Of a stretch of 64,000 nt of DNA, positions 18,932 through 27,457 are shown piece by piece. The notes under the pieces were generated by a model, which was not told the DNA's origin, did no database searches, and saw only the letters and a list, made by a program, of their open reading frames with translations. The position numbers and the translations under genes were made by a program. Origin of the DNA: a virus; IMG/VR virus record IMGVR_UViG_3300050821_008818, positions 7,364-71,363 of that record; one strand, given 5' to 3'. Numbering within the stretch: position 1 is the first letter of the stretch; the number at the start of each line of letters is the position of its first letter.

Positions 18932-19995
18932 GCGGGGATTTCGTTTCCCCAAACCGTCCAGCCCTCTACAGGCTCACGCGCAAACAATTCGAGATATGGC
19001 CCTAGCAAAAGGCGCTCAATACGTTTCCGCGCCTCCCCCGGCTTGACGCTGTGCTCGCCGACTGGTGATAGGATGACTTGAGGCACATCTTTGGCTATGC
19101 GTTGCGGAGAACCGCGCGTTGCGAATAGGCAAAGTTCCGCATTTGCACGGGTCCAATAGCCCATCCCCGTGAAGATGCCTTCGCCGCTTTTATTCTGTTT
19201 TATCCATGCGAATCCTGCTGTCTTGTATTCAAAGCCCCAAGCCCTGATTACCTCTAGCGCCCCCGGAAGTTCCGGCATAACGGCCCACATAAAAAGCGCG
19301 CAGTCGTCTGCGGCAAGAGCGGCTACTGGCAATGCACAAATTGCTTTGACTGATGATGTGTCATAATAGCGCTCGGCGCTGCGTTGCTTGCCCTTGCCGC
19401 TATAAACCTTGAATTCCCATGGCGGATCTGCATAGATAACTGCGAATTTCTCGCCAGCCATGGCGAGTTCTCTTAAGTCACCAGATTTGGCCCCCTTGTC
19501 AGCTCTAGCCTCATAGGCTGCCCGCTTATTTTTTATTTCGCCATCCTTAAGCATGCGGAGCACGGCGCTGACCGTTGCGTCGCCACCGGATTCCTGTATA
19601 CTTGTTGCAATGGCTTTGAGTTCTGGTTTGGGAATAGCGGCAATCTTTTGAAGGCGCGAACGATTGGTGCCCGGAATGCCAGTCTCTGTCTTGCCAAAAA
19701 CATTTACCGCAGCTGGTAAATGTTTTCCGCGACCTGGGCCATGACGTTTAGGTATCGCCCTTATTTCCTCCCCAATGCGCGCGTTAGCAGCAAGAACGAC
19801 AAGCTCGGCCTTGTTTTTTACCTCGGCAACATCTTGGAAGAGAATCTTTAAGGCCTCGGCCGCATCAGCGAGCTTGCGAATCTGTTTATAGCTTTTTGCA
19901 GAATCTAATTCGCGTTCCATATTTGCAAGCGCGGCGACGGCCTGTGGGATAGTCACGAATTGTTTTCTATTGGCAGAAGGTATCATCGCAGTCAT
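18928..19995 (-). CDS. MT-A70 family N6-adenine methyltransferase with N-terminal helical domain
   Basis: VIYADPPW, LFMW, WGFEYKT, GMGYWTRANAELCL, HSVKP, LELFAR, GWTVWGNE. Confidence 0.9.
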   Translation of the reverse strand: MTAMIPSANRKQFVTIPQAVAALANMERELDSAKSYKQIRKLADAAEALKILFQDVAEVKNKAELVVLAANARIGEEIRAIPKRHGPGRGKHLPAAVNVFGKTETGIPGTNRSRLQKIAAIPKPELKAIATSIQESGGDATVSAVLRMLKDGEIKNKRAAYEARADKGAKSGDLRELAMAGEKFAVIYADPPWEFKVYSGKGKQRSAERYYDTSSVKAICALPVAALAADDCALFMWAVMPELPGALEVIRAWGFEYKTAGFAWIKQNKSGEGIFTGMGYWTRANAELCLFATRGSPQRIAKDVPQVILSPVGEHSVKPGEARKRIERLLLGPYLELFAREPVEGWTVWGNEIPA

Positions 19996-20463
19996 TCAAA
20001 GTGCCTCAACCATAGCCTTTCTTGCGGAAGGCTTCACATATGTTGTGCAATCAAAATACCTGATAATTGGATCATACACCGCGGCCGCAGGCTCATCACC
20101 AGGCGGCGCAACCAGATCTAACGCAGCGCCAATAATGCTTGCTGCACTATTATCATTGAGTCGCGTGATTGAATGACGTAGAGTATCAATGCTGACGCCA
20201 TGCTGCAGTGCTAGCGAAATGATTATCGACGCGTCGCGGATAACATCGGCCATTGGGCTTGATGGTCGTGCTGAGGCAACGAATATCTCATAGATGGTTC
20301 CTGCGTCGCTCTTAGAACTGCTAACGAAATAGGTGGGTGAACGCAATGAATTCGGCGGCCATTTGAACGTTAGAGTTTCAGACTGTCTCCTATTCGGAGG
20401 CGCCTTTCTGACGCTCAAGGAGCCATTGTTGCCATTCACGATATGATACTGTTCTTCCGTCAT
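19996..20463 (-). CDS. stand-alone TSCPD-like domain (class II RNR C-terminal type)
   Basis: IYEIF...ISLALQHGV...ASIIGAALD. Confidence 0.65.
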   Translation of the reverse strand: MTEEQYHIVNGNNGSLSVRKAPPNRRQSETLTFKWPPNSLRSPTYFVSSSKSDAGTIYEIFVASARPSSPMADVIRDASIIISLALQHGVSIDTLRHSITRLNDNSAASIIGAALDLVAPPGDEPAAAVYDPIIRYFDCTTYVKPSARKAMVEAL

Positions 20464-20782
20464 TTAAGTTCCTCACACCTTCTTGTATGATCTTGCTACA
20501 AAGCCTTCCAATCGACACGCCTTGTGAGGCTGCCGAAGATTTAAGTTGGTCGTACGCCTCCCCTGGAATGCAAACAGGCACTGTTAGCGGCGCCTTCCAA
20601 TTAGGATTGTCATTCATTGCCATACCGCCGCGACGCAACGCATGGTGTATGGAGGCCGGCGTTCTATGCTTAAGAACAGTCGATGAAATACCCTTCGCAC
20701 TCATCCCGCGGACCCATGAGTCTCGAAGTATTTTCAATTCTAGATCTGTCCAAGGTCTCCAATGGGCGGACCTCATAATCAC
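20390..20782 (-). CDS. GcrA-like N-terminal HTH fused to RHH-like C-terminus
   Basis: WTDLELKILRDSWVRGMSAKGIS; LTVPVCIPGEAYDQLKSSAASQGVSIGRL. Confidence 0.5.
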   Translation of the reverse strand: MIMRSAHWRPWTDLELKILRDSWVRGMSAKGISSTVLKHRTPASIHHALRRGGMAMNDNPNWKAPLTVPVCIPGEAYDQLKSSAASQGVSIGRLCSKIIQEGVRNLNDGRTVSYREWQQWLLERQKGASE

Positions 20783-21015
20783 ATGCCTTTCGCCAATCGC
20801 ATTTGCTCGATCAAAAAGGCCCGTAATTGTTCCTTAAATGGCGCAAGGTCTCTAAGCACGCGCGCGGCCTGCAGGGTTTTCTCGCGTGAAAAGTCTTTAT
20901 CGTCTAGAATTAGACCGCTTTCAGAAATAAAACGCGCGATGATGTCTTGGCCTTCGGCCATCAGTTCAAGATGCGTGGCTAATTCGGCGAGGGACCATTT
21001 GCGTGTTGCCATCAC
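20779..21015 (-). CDS. hypothetical protein
   Basis: 78 aa, coupled to neighbours. Confidence 0.5.
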   Translation of the reverse strand: MMATRKWSLAELATHLELMAEGQDIIARFISESGLILDDKDFSREKTLQAARVLRDLAPFKEQLRAFLIEQMRLAKGM

Positions 21016-21021
21016 ATGGGC

Positions 21022-21303
21022 TCAAGGGAATGCTATGCGGCTATATTCGCGTACACGATAGCCGTGGTGGAGATACAAGTCTGCAAGGTGCATGGCGCAG
21101 CATATCTTAAACCTTGCCTTATCACGCTTATCATCGTCTACGTCGTATGCATTTAATTTGGTTAATAAGCCAAGCTCTCTTAACCTACGCAGATGCTGTC
21201 CAATTGTCTGCGGTGCTATGTTGTAGAATTTAGCAATTTGCACATAAGTTAATCCTTCCGAATACAACTCTGCCATCTCTTCAGATTGGTCATTAGTCAT
21301 CAT
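21022..21303 (-). CDS. HTH protein
   Basis: ELYSEGLTYVQIAKFYNIAPQTIGQHL. Confidence 0.6.
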   Translation of the reverse strand: MMTNDQSEEMAELYSEGLTYVQIAKFYNIAPQTIGQHLRRLRELGLLTKLNAYDVDDDKRDKARFKICCAMHLADLYLHHGYRVREYSRIAFP

Positions 21304-21757
21304 TGCAGAGACTCCAGATTTTGACGGTAGTTCGCGCAATTGGCGCATAGGTTTTCTGAGCTGCAAGAAGCGAAATTTGAGCATCGTCATAAAAGACGAC
21401 GCCATTCATTGCGTCCTCCAAAATTTTGATTATGTTGGACGTATCGCTCCTTGTTTCCTTCCAATAGGTCGTTATCTTCTTCTTGGGCGACCAAGATTTC
21501 GGAAATAGAAATTCCGCATGAACAGACATTGCAAGCGGACCGCCGAGCGGTGAGAGATTATCAGTCGTCATTGCTAGCCATGCATAGTGTTTCACCGATT
21601 GCATGTAATCGGCTTGCTTTTCGGGGGTGTACCTCAGCTTGCCTCCCGGCTTACGTTTGCTAGGCGGAATATTTTCAGGCCTGGCAAACGGAACGGCCTC
21701 GCCCGGCACCACGAATTCAATTAGCGGCGGACGAGGACAGAGAAAATCAGTTACCAT
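21293..21757 (-). CDS. rusA: RusA-family Holliday junction resolvase
   Basis: VPGEAVPFARP; SDTSNIIKILEDAMNGVVFYDDAQI. Confidence 0.9.
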   Translation of the reverse strand: MVTDFLCPRPPLIEFVVPGEAVPFARPENIPPSKRKPGGKLRYTPEKQADYMQSVKHYAWLAMTTDNLSPLGGPLAMSVHAEFLFPKSWSPKKKITTYWKETRSDTSNIIKILEDAMNGVVFYDDAQISLLAAQKTYAPIARTTVKIWSLCNDD

Positions 21758-21786
21758 TCAGCAGCCGCTCCAACTCAGCAGCAAGC

Positions 21787-22221
21787 TTAGTCCTTTCGTC
21801 GGCCTTCATCCAAAGGTGTGCCGCTGAGCGCGCCAATCGACGAATAATCAAACGAAGGATCCAGTTTTTTAATCTGCCTAGCCAACGCGGCCAGGGCCTC
21901 TCGAAGATCGTCAATAGTGATGTCATTAGTCTGCTCCTGCCGATGCCACACATCAGCGGTTCGTTTCGACATTGCACTGACTGCGCTTCTAATTGCGTCC
22001 ATCTCCAGGGACGAAACTTTGTTGCGCGAATAAGTCTCTCCATAGAAAAGTTCCTTGACTCTATTTCGGGAAAATATCCCAAAATGAGATAGGCGCATGT
22101 AGGCTAGATTAATCGCTTCCTTGCTTCTTACGTTCTTGTAGTTTCCTAACTGTCGAACCAAAAACGACGCCTCGGAAAGGGGTGTCCCAAAATCCTTTCC
22201 ATCCAACGCAAAATTGGCCAT
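21787..22221 (-). CDS. CII-like regulator
   Basis: position after PR; FSRNRVKELFYGE HTH-like segment; GGAG RBS. Confidence 0.5.
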   Translation of the reverse strand: MANFALDGKDFGTPLSEASFLVRQLGNYKNVRSKEAINLAYMRLSHFGIFSRNRVKELFYGETYSRNKVSSLEMDAIRSAVSAMSKRTADVWHRQEQTNDITIDDLREALAALARQIKKLDPSFDYSSIGALSGTPLDEGRRKD

Positions 22222-22342
22222 CTCCAAAATCCCCTGTGTCAAGTTGCGGGCATGGAAAACGCAACTCAGCAACCCCCGGAAGACGACGACGGTGACCTAT
22301 GGATTTCATTGTCTGAGGTAACCGTTTTGATTTTCAAGAAGG

Positions 22343-22504
22343 CTAGCGGCGAGCGCGAGTTACCGCATTCGCCGAAACCAAGGACTTATTGGAAACGTAC
22401 CTTCGATAGCCGGCATCCCCGATCAGCCAGACAGTGGCGATGGCGACGCCGATAGGACAAAAGTCGTGGAAGCTATGAGCCCAGTTTAGAAAAGCTTCTG
22501 CCAT
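22343..22504 (-). CDS. 53-aa hydrophobic peptide at the cro position
   Basis: AAGGGGGG RBS; MAEAFLNWAHSFHDFCPIGVAIATVWLIGDAGYRR... Confidence 0.45.
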   Translation of the reverse strand: MAEAFLNWAHSFHDFCPIGVAIATVWLIGDAGYRRYVSNKSLVSANAVTRARR

Positions 22505-22532
22505 GTGAACCCCCCTTAAAAGGATTGTGATA

Positions 22533-22560
22533 AAAGTACTACGGTTTTAACCCATGTCAA
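22533..22560 (-). promoter_or_regulatory. PR-like early promoter
   Basis: TTGACA-N16-TACTTT divergent from cI. Confidence 0.6.
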
Positions 22561-22572
22561 GAAATATTAAAG

Positions 22573-22601
22573 TTGGCCGCCAACATGACACGCCGTAAAT
22601 T
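22573..22601 (+). promoter_or_regulatory. PRM-like promoter giving a leaderless cI mRNA
   Basis: TTGGCC-N17-TAAATT ends 5 nt before the cI ATG. Confidence 0.55.
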
Positions 22602-22606
22602 GCGTC

Positions 22607-23053
22607 ATGGATGAAGAATCGGAATTAACTCGCAAGGCTGAGGAAATAGGAGAGCGCATACGCACGTTTATGCGCCATAAGGGTATGACTCAGGAGCAGC
22701 TAGGCGCAGCTCTAGGATTAACCGCCAATGCTGTGGCTCAAATTTTAAGCGGAAAGGGAACCGTCCAATGGGCCAAATTGTCCAACTTTGCGGACGTGCT
22801 CGGGGTTGAGCCTAACGATATTTTAGGCTTCCCTCCACGAGGCCGGGATTTGCTTATGGGTGCTGTGGAGGGCATGCTGCTCGCCCTAAATTATTCTCAC
22901 GTTGAGGCGTCTGAAATCGCGTTAATTGTTCTAAGAGTGTTAGACACACCCTCAGGCGCTCATCTAGACACTGCGTCTCCCAAGCATACTGGGAAAGTAA
23001 TTTCTGAATTTTTAATTCGGCAATACGTCGATGCAAAACGGCGGCAGACGTGA
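22607..23053 (+). CDS. CI-like XRE repressor (no S24 peptidase domain visible)
   Basis: IGERIR...GMTQEQLGAALGLT.NAVAQI..G...LADVLGV. Confidence 0.8.
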   Translation: MDEESELTRKAEEIGERIRTFMRHKGMTQEQLGAALGLTANAVAQILSGKGTVQWAKLSNFADVLGVEPNDILGFPPRGRDLLMGAVEGMLLALNYSHVEASEIALIVLRVLDTPSGAHLDTASPKHTGKVISEFLIRQYVDAKRRQT

Positions 23054-23213
23054 CACGCACGTGCATGTTGCTTTTGCTCCAAAACGTCACCCCGATCCGG
23101 GTATGACGACATTACGCGCAGATGACACATGTGTGTCATTTTAAAAAGTGACAAATTTGTTAGGGTCACCTAGCTAAGCCAAAGATCGTTAACTGTCACC
23201 TTTAAAATTGTTG

Positions 23214-23241
23214 TTGCCAAATAATTTTTTTGGGGTATAAC
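23214..23241 (+). promoter_or_regulatory. PL-like early promoter
   Basis: TTGCCA-N16-TATAAC; TGACA/TGTCA half-sites upstream, including palindrome ATGACACATGTGTGTCAT near 23122. Confidence 0.6.
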
Positions 23242-23270
23242 GTCTCCGTCACTCAGATGGAGAACGTACT

Positions 23271-23594
23271 GTGCGTACTGAAACAGAGCGACGCATCCTA
23301 GCAACAATCGAGGCACGTGCCCGCGCCGTGGCAATCGATAACGTCAAGCGACGTGCTCGGCATTACGCCCTCTACCCTTCCAGCCTTGAAAGCATAAAGC
23401 CCGGACTCTCGCTACTGCGTCCGCGCGGAATCGTCAACCAACTTCAGAGTATCACCGAGGTCGAATTGCCGATTGAGCGCTACTTCGGTTTCGGCGGAGA
23501 AATCCGCGCGGTCAATCGCAGGGGTGCGATGCTTTATGCGCGTTTTTCACGGCTCCTTGCTCACAAGGCGCGCAAGATAGCCAAGGTCGCGTGA
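23271..23594 (+). CDS. hypothetical protein
   Basis: GGAG RBS, GTG start. Confidence 0.6.
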   Translation: MRTETERRILATIEARARAVAIDNVKRRARHYALYPSSLESIKPGLSLLRPRGIVNQLQSITEVELPIERYFGFGGEIRAVNRRGAMLYARFSRLLAHKARKIAKVA

Positions 23595-23782
23595 TGAACA
23601 AATTCCGTGTGCTTCGAAACGGAAAGTTCGTTCGAGAAATCGAAGCAGAAAATCTTGCGGAAGCTCAGAAAAAAGCCCCCCGCTTAATTGATGGACGTAG
23701 AGGTAAGGACGGCCATTGGATGGCATATGAGTGGCAAAAGCTCGAAGGCAGCAAGGGATGGATTTGGATAGGAAGTAGATGA
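23591..23782 (+). CDS. hypothetical protein
   Basis: overlaps upstream stop; its TGA starts repeat 1. Confidence 0.6.
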   Translation: MMNKFRVLRNGKFVREIEAENLAEAQKKAPRLIDGRRGKDGHWMAYEWQKLEGSKGWIWIGSR

Positions 23783-23849
23783 CGTTTCGGCCTGCCGCTA
23801 CTAGCCCGGCGGCAGTACGAAGCACCATGCTTCAGAAAGTAGGGATACT

Positions 23850-24200
23850 ATGAGTGCTATTACACAACTAACTTTAGCTGCTTTATTGGCTTCAACTATC
23901 ACCGCATCTGCTTGTCAGATTGAGGTCGTAGACAATGCTGCCTTTGGCTGGGTCCGCTCGCGTCCAAACCTATATGCGAATCAGTTGTGGAAACTTGGCG
24001 CTGGCGTGAAGGTCGTCTACTGCGGCCGGTCAGCAATAGACGATCGCAACATCGAATGGCGGTGGATTGCCTTTGCTTATGCTCAAGAGCAATGGCCGCA
24101 TAAGGGCTGGGTTTCGGCTCGCATTCTTTCGCCAGACGTTCCCGTAATCACACGGCGCGCGCCTCCGCAGGATCCTTCTTTTGAGGAAGGTGGCGAGTAG
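23850..24200 (+). CDS. exported SH3b-like protein
   Basis: signal peptide; VRSRP...L..G.KV...W..I...GWVSARIL. Confidence 0.65.
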   Translation: MSAITQLTLAALLASTITASACQIEVVDNAAFGWVRSRPNLYANQLWKLGAGVKVVYCGRSAIDDRNIEWRWIAFAYAQEQWPHKGWVSARILSPDVPVITRRAPPQDPSFEEGGE

Positions 24201-24338
24201 CACAAATGACGTTTCGGCCTGCCGCCGCGGTGCTGAGGCGGCAGTGCGAAGCGCCCGTGATGGAGTGAGGAAATGCGTGGATAGCGGGATTGGCGACGCC
24301 CACGACGCTTTTTACTAGCAACTCAGAAAAGAGGAAAA

Positions 24339-24653
24339 ATGACCATTCGTATAATAGCATTTGTTTTAGTAGTCACGGCAATGTTTGCCTTCGGAATGAC
24401 TGCGCACGCTCATGGATGGGGCGGCGGGGGCGGTGGCTGGCATGGCGGTGGTGGAGGCTGGCACGGCGGCGGAGGCTGGCATGGTGGTGGAGGCGGCTGG
24501 CATGGCGGCGGAGGCTGGCATGGTGGTGGAGGCGGCTGGCATGGCGGCCATGGTTGGCATGGCGGAGGCTGGCATGGTGGCGGAGCCTGGCACGGCAGCA
24601 GCTGCTGGTATTGGGACGAATATGAAGGAGAATGGCGGCGTCGCTGCTATTGA
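24339..24653 (+). CDS. exported Gly/Trp/His-repeat peptide
   Basis: GAGG RBS; signal peptide ending AHA; (GGGWH)n; terminal Cys pair. Confidence 0.75.
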   Translation: MTIRIIAFVLVVTAMFAFGMTAHAHGWGGGGGGWHGGGGGWHGGGGWHGGGGGWHGGGGWHGGGGGWHGGHGWHGGGWHGGGAWHGSSCWYWDEYEGEWRRRCY

Positions 24654-24773
24654 CGTTTCGGCCTGTCGCCTCGAGCGGCAGAGCGAAGCGCCAGAAATGG
24701 AGCCGAGGCCCCGTCAATGCGCGGATGAAAGTCGGGAACGGCCCGCGCCGCTTCACTAACAAAGGAGTGTACA

Positions 24774-24953
24774 TTGACTAAGGAAGATATGATCCAACAG
24801 CTACCATCGCATGGACGCTGGCGGAGCTACTTAAGGAACTGGACAAACGCCTATGGCGATACGAATGGCTGGGATGGACATATCATGTCTATCTGGCCGG
24901 ACTTCTGGCGGCGCTGCCACAAGGCCAGCCCGAGGAAACTTTCAAAGGCGTGA
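24774..24953 (+). CDS. 59-aa hypothetical protein between repeats 3 and 4
   Basis: AAGGAG RBS, TTG start; MTKEDMIQQLPSHGRW...LSKA; TGA starts repeat 4. Confidence 0.55.
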   Translation: MTKEDMIQQLPSHGRWRSYLRNWTNAYGDTNGWDGHIMSIWPDFWRRCHKASPRKLSKA

Positions 24954-25164
24954 CGTTTCGGCCTGTCGCCTAGCCATTTGGCGGCAGTGCGAAGCGCCAG
25001 AAATGGAGCCGCCCGCAAGGGAGCCCGGTTTCGCCGCGCCGCGGATCGGTTAGCGGCGACGCTTCGTGAAGCGCCAGAAAATGGAGCAGGTGCTGCAGGT
25101 CGCTCCTGCACAATGCGCGGATGATCGCCCGCGACGCTTCACTATAAGCCATGATGGGTGGAAA

Positions 25165-25356
25165 ATGAGCCACAACGATTTCAGCGAAACGGAAATCAAA
25201 CGGATCGAATCCGCGCTCCTTGATGCTTTAGAGGAGATTGGCTTTAGCTCGGAAGATTTCATGCTTGATGAAATGCGGGTGCTGGCCATGGCTGCAATCC
25301 AAGCGGTTACGATGGAGTGCGGACGCTGCGATCCCGGGTTGTATAGCAATGACTGA
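25165..25356 (+). CDS. hypothetical protein
   Basis: start reassigned to MSHNDF downstream of the repeats. Confidence 0.5.
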   Translation: MSHNDFSETEIKRIESALLDALEEIGFSSEDFMLDEMRVLAMAAIQAVTMECGRCDPGLYSND

Positions 25357-25576
25357 TGCTGAACGGGTTATGATACTGCTCACGGCAATCCGTTGCATTC
25401 TATCGTTGGATGATCAGAAGGACGTGCTTCGTTTGAAACTTATCAAGTCCGTACTTTTCGAGGCGGTGCAACAGTGCGCGCGCGGCCATTTTGGGAACGA
25501 CTGGAATGCTGGCAACCCTATTTGCACTTTAATACGCGCAATCGAAGAAGAGGTTGCTATGAGGGAGGTGGTTTAA
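25349..25576 (+). CDS. hypothetical protein
   Basis: MTDAERV start overlaps upstream stop. Confidence 0.5.
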   Translation: MTDAERVMILLTAIRCILSLDDQKDVLRLKLIKSVLFEAVQQCARGHFGNDWNAGNPICTLIRAIEEEVAMREVV

Positions 25577-25776
25577 TGAAATTTAGATTCACATTTTTTA
25601 CCATAACCGCCTGCCTAGGGATACTTGTCGGATACCTTTGGGGCTATCACGATGGCGACAAACACGCAGCCTGCTGGCACTCAGATCTCGAGTCGTTCCA
25701 AATGCAGGAAATACCGGCCCCTGGAACTGATCCATTCCCTAAAGGTCCTGACATAGAAAGGGGTGACCCATTGTGA
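25576..25776 (+). CDS. single-TM small protein
   Basis: GGAGG RBS, TAATG coupling. Confidence 0.55.
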   Translation: MKFRFTFFTITACLGILVGYLWGYHDGDKHAACWHSDLESFQMQEIPAPGTDPFPKGPDIERGDPL

Positions 25777-26429
25777 TCACTTCACAAGAGACTGGCGAAA
25801 TCGCCGCCGCAATGGCGAAAGCCCAAGAGAAAATCGAGAACCCAACAAAACACAAGACAGCAAAAGTCAGGAGCGATAAGGGCAATTACGATTACATGTA
25901 CACCGATCTTGCGGCCGGTCTAGAGTGTATTCGCCCCGTGCTATCAGCCCAATCAATCGCCGTGTTCCAGGTCCCAACGACTGACCGAAATGGCAATATA
26001 ATTTTGTTAACGCGGCTTATTCATTCGTCAGGACAATGGGTTGAGGGCGAATATTTCGTCTGCAAGACCGGTGATCTGCTTACGAAAGAAGGTACCGTAG
26101 ATCACCAGAAAAGAGGATCCGCCCTAACCTACGCAAGGCGCCATTCATTATTTGCAATTGTCGGCATTGCTGGCGCTGATGACGATGATGATGGGAAGAG
26201 CGCTAGCATTAGCAGCAATGGTGATCGGGTGCAACGCATTGAGAGCCAACTTGTATCTAATGATCAGGCAAAACTAATCCGTGATAAGATAGCTGCAGCC
26301 GGCGCAGACGTGGCGAAGTTTCTTGCGTTTTTCAAAGTGGATTCGGTTGTAAATCTTCGATCCAGCCAGTTCCGCGAGGCCATGACTTTGCTCAGCGCTA
26401 AGAAAATTTCGGCGAAGGAGGCGCCATGA
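25773..26429 (+). CDS. ERF-family single-strand annealing protein
   Basis: Y.YTDL; TRLIHSSGQW; GSALTYARRHSLFAIVGIAGADDDDG. Confidence 0.9.
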   Translation: MITSQETGEIAAAMAKAQEKIENPTKHKTAKVRSDKGNYDYMYTDLAAGLECIRPVLSAQSIAVFQVPTTDRNGNIILLTRLIHSSGQWVEGEYFVCKTGDLLTKEGTVDHQKRGSALTYARRHSLFAIVGIAGADDDDDGKSASISSNGDRVQRIESQLVSNDQAKLIRDKIAAAGADVAKFLAFFKVDSVVNLRSSQFREAMTLLSAKKISAKEAP

Positions 26430-26746
26430 CTTTCAGGACTATAGGAGGATTCGTTTTACGCATTGTCGGCGCATACGTCCTAGCTGAAGCGGGATCGCTC
26501 ATGAATACCGCAGCAATGTCTGCGAATGGCGGGAAAATGCCTTATTGGGCTGACTGGGCTATTCAGGTTCCGGAAAGTCCGACACATGTTCATGAAACTG
26601 TGAAAGAAATGAATTTGTGGCCTCTCTGCGATATCATATTCGGATCTGTGAGTATAGGGGACGTGTTTGTTTTTTTTGCTGCTTATCTCTTTGCTAAAGC
26701 AATCGTTGACCTTGCCAGATCAGCTTGGAAATGGAGTTTTTCGTGA
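26426..26746 (+). CDS. membrane protein (DUF5317-like)
   Basis: N.AAMSANGGKMP...LWPLCDI...SIGDVF. Confidence 0.55.
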   Translation: MTFRTIGGFVLRIVGAYVLAEAGSLMNTAAMSANGGKMPYWADWAIQVPESPTHVHETVKEMNLWPLCDIIFGSVSIGDVFVFFAAYLFAKAIVDLARSAWKWSFS

Positions 26747-27366
26747 TGGAAATTTTCCATTGCGAGCAGGGCTCCGACGAATGGTTCGCGGTCCGCATGG
26801 GAATACCGACAGCATCGAACTTCGCAGCTGTTTTAGCGGGCGGCAAGGGCGGCGACGCAAGCAAAACGCGCCAGACATATCTTTACAAACTTGCAGGAGA
26901 AATTATCACAGGCAGGCAACCTTCGGAGGGCTTTTCGAATATTCACACCGAACGCGGGCACGCCATGGAGAACGACGCGCGACAGTTCTATGCATACATG
27001 AATGATGTTGAGCCCAAGCAGGTTGGATTTATCCGCAACGGCCGCAAGGGAGGCAGCCCGGACGCGCTGATAGGAGAGAACGGCTTACTAGAGATAAAGA
27101 CTAAGCTTCCACATCTCATGATAGAAACACTTCTGAAAGGCGAATTTCCGCCCGCGCACAAAGCGCAGTGTCAGGGAAATATATGGATAACGAAGCGCGA
27201 ATGGATCGACCTATTTGTTTACTGGCCAGCCATTCCGCCATTCATCATTCGTGCGGAACGCGACGAGAATTACATTTGCAAGCTGGAAAACGCGATCGAT
27301 GAGTTCAACTGGGAGCTTGACGAGGTAGTAACTAAGGTTGTGGCTGTGGGTGAGTTTTCGTTATGA
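26746..27366 (+). CDS. YqaJ/lambda-exonuclease family protein
   Basis: QGSDEWFAVRMGIPTAS; RGHAME; SPDALI; LEIK; QCQG. Confidence 0.9.
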   Translation: MEIFHCEQGSDEWFAVRMGIPTASNFAAVLAGGKGGDASKTRQTYLYKLAGEIITGRQPSEGFSNIHTERGHAMENDARQFYAYMNDVEPKQVGFIRNGRKGGSPDALIGENGLLEIKTKLPHLMIETLLKGEFPPAHKAQCQGNIWITKREWIDLFVYWPAIPPFIIRAERDENYICKLENAIDEFNWELDEVVTKVVAVGEFSL

Positions 27367-27457
27367 TAGATCCTCAACTCGCCGGCATCGGCGTAATGAT
27401 TTTTAGCCTTCTTGCTGGGCTGGCTCTTTGTATCTGGACTATTGGGAATGCTGGGAA

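Larger units (their letters stand above)
23780..25143 (+). repeat. array of structured intergenic repeats (4 full hairpins plus associated junction modules)
   Basis: TGACGTTTCGGCCTGYCGC-loop-GCGGCAGWRCGAAGCRCC at 23780, 24207, 24651, 24951; partial copy at 25068. Confidence 0.9.

Noticed and set aside
24290-24774. Alternative-frame repeat ORFs (RRLAWW, MPASTT, HHASL)
   Set aside because: By-products of the GGWH repeat; only 24339-24653 has an RBS and signal peptide
23780-25143. CRISPR array or integron attC array
   Set aside because: Spacing is 300-450 bp with whole genes between repeats; no cas genes; no RYYYAAC/GTTRRRY boxes; the integrase looks like a phage type
24258-25143. Hammerhead ribozymes in the junction repeats
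   Set aside because: CTGANGA and GAAA core motifs are absent
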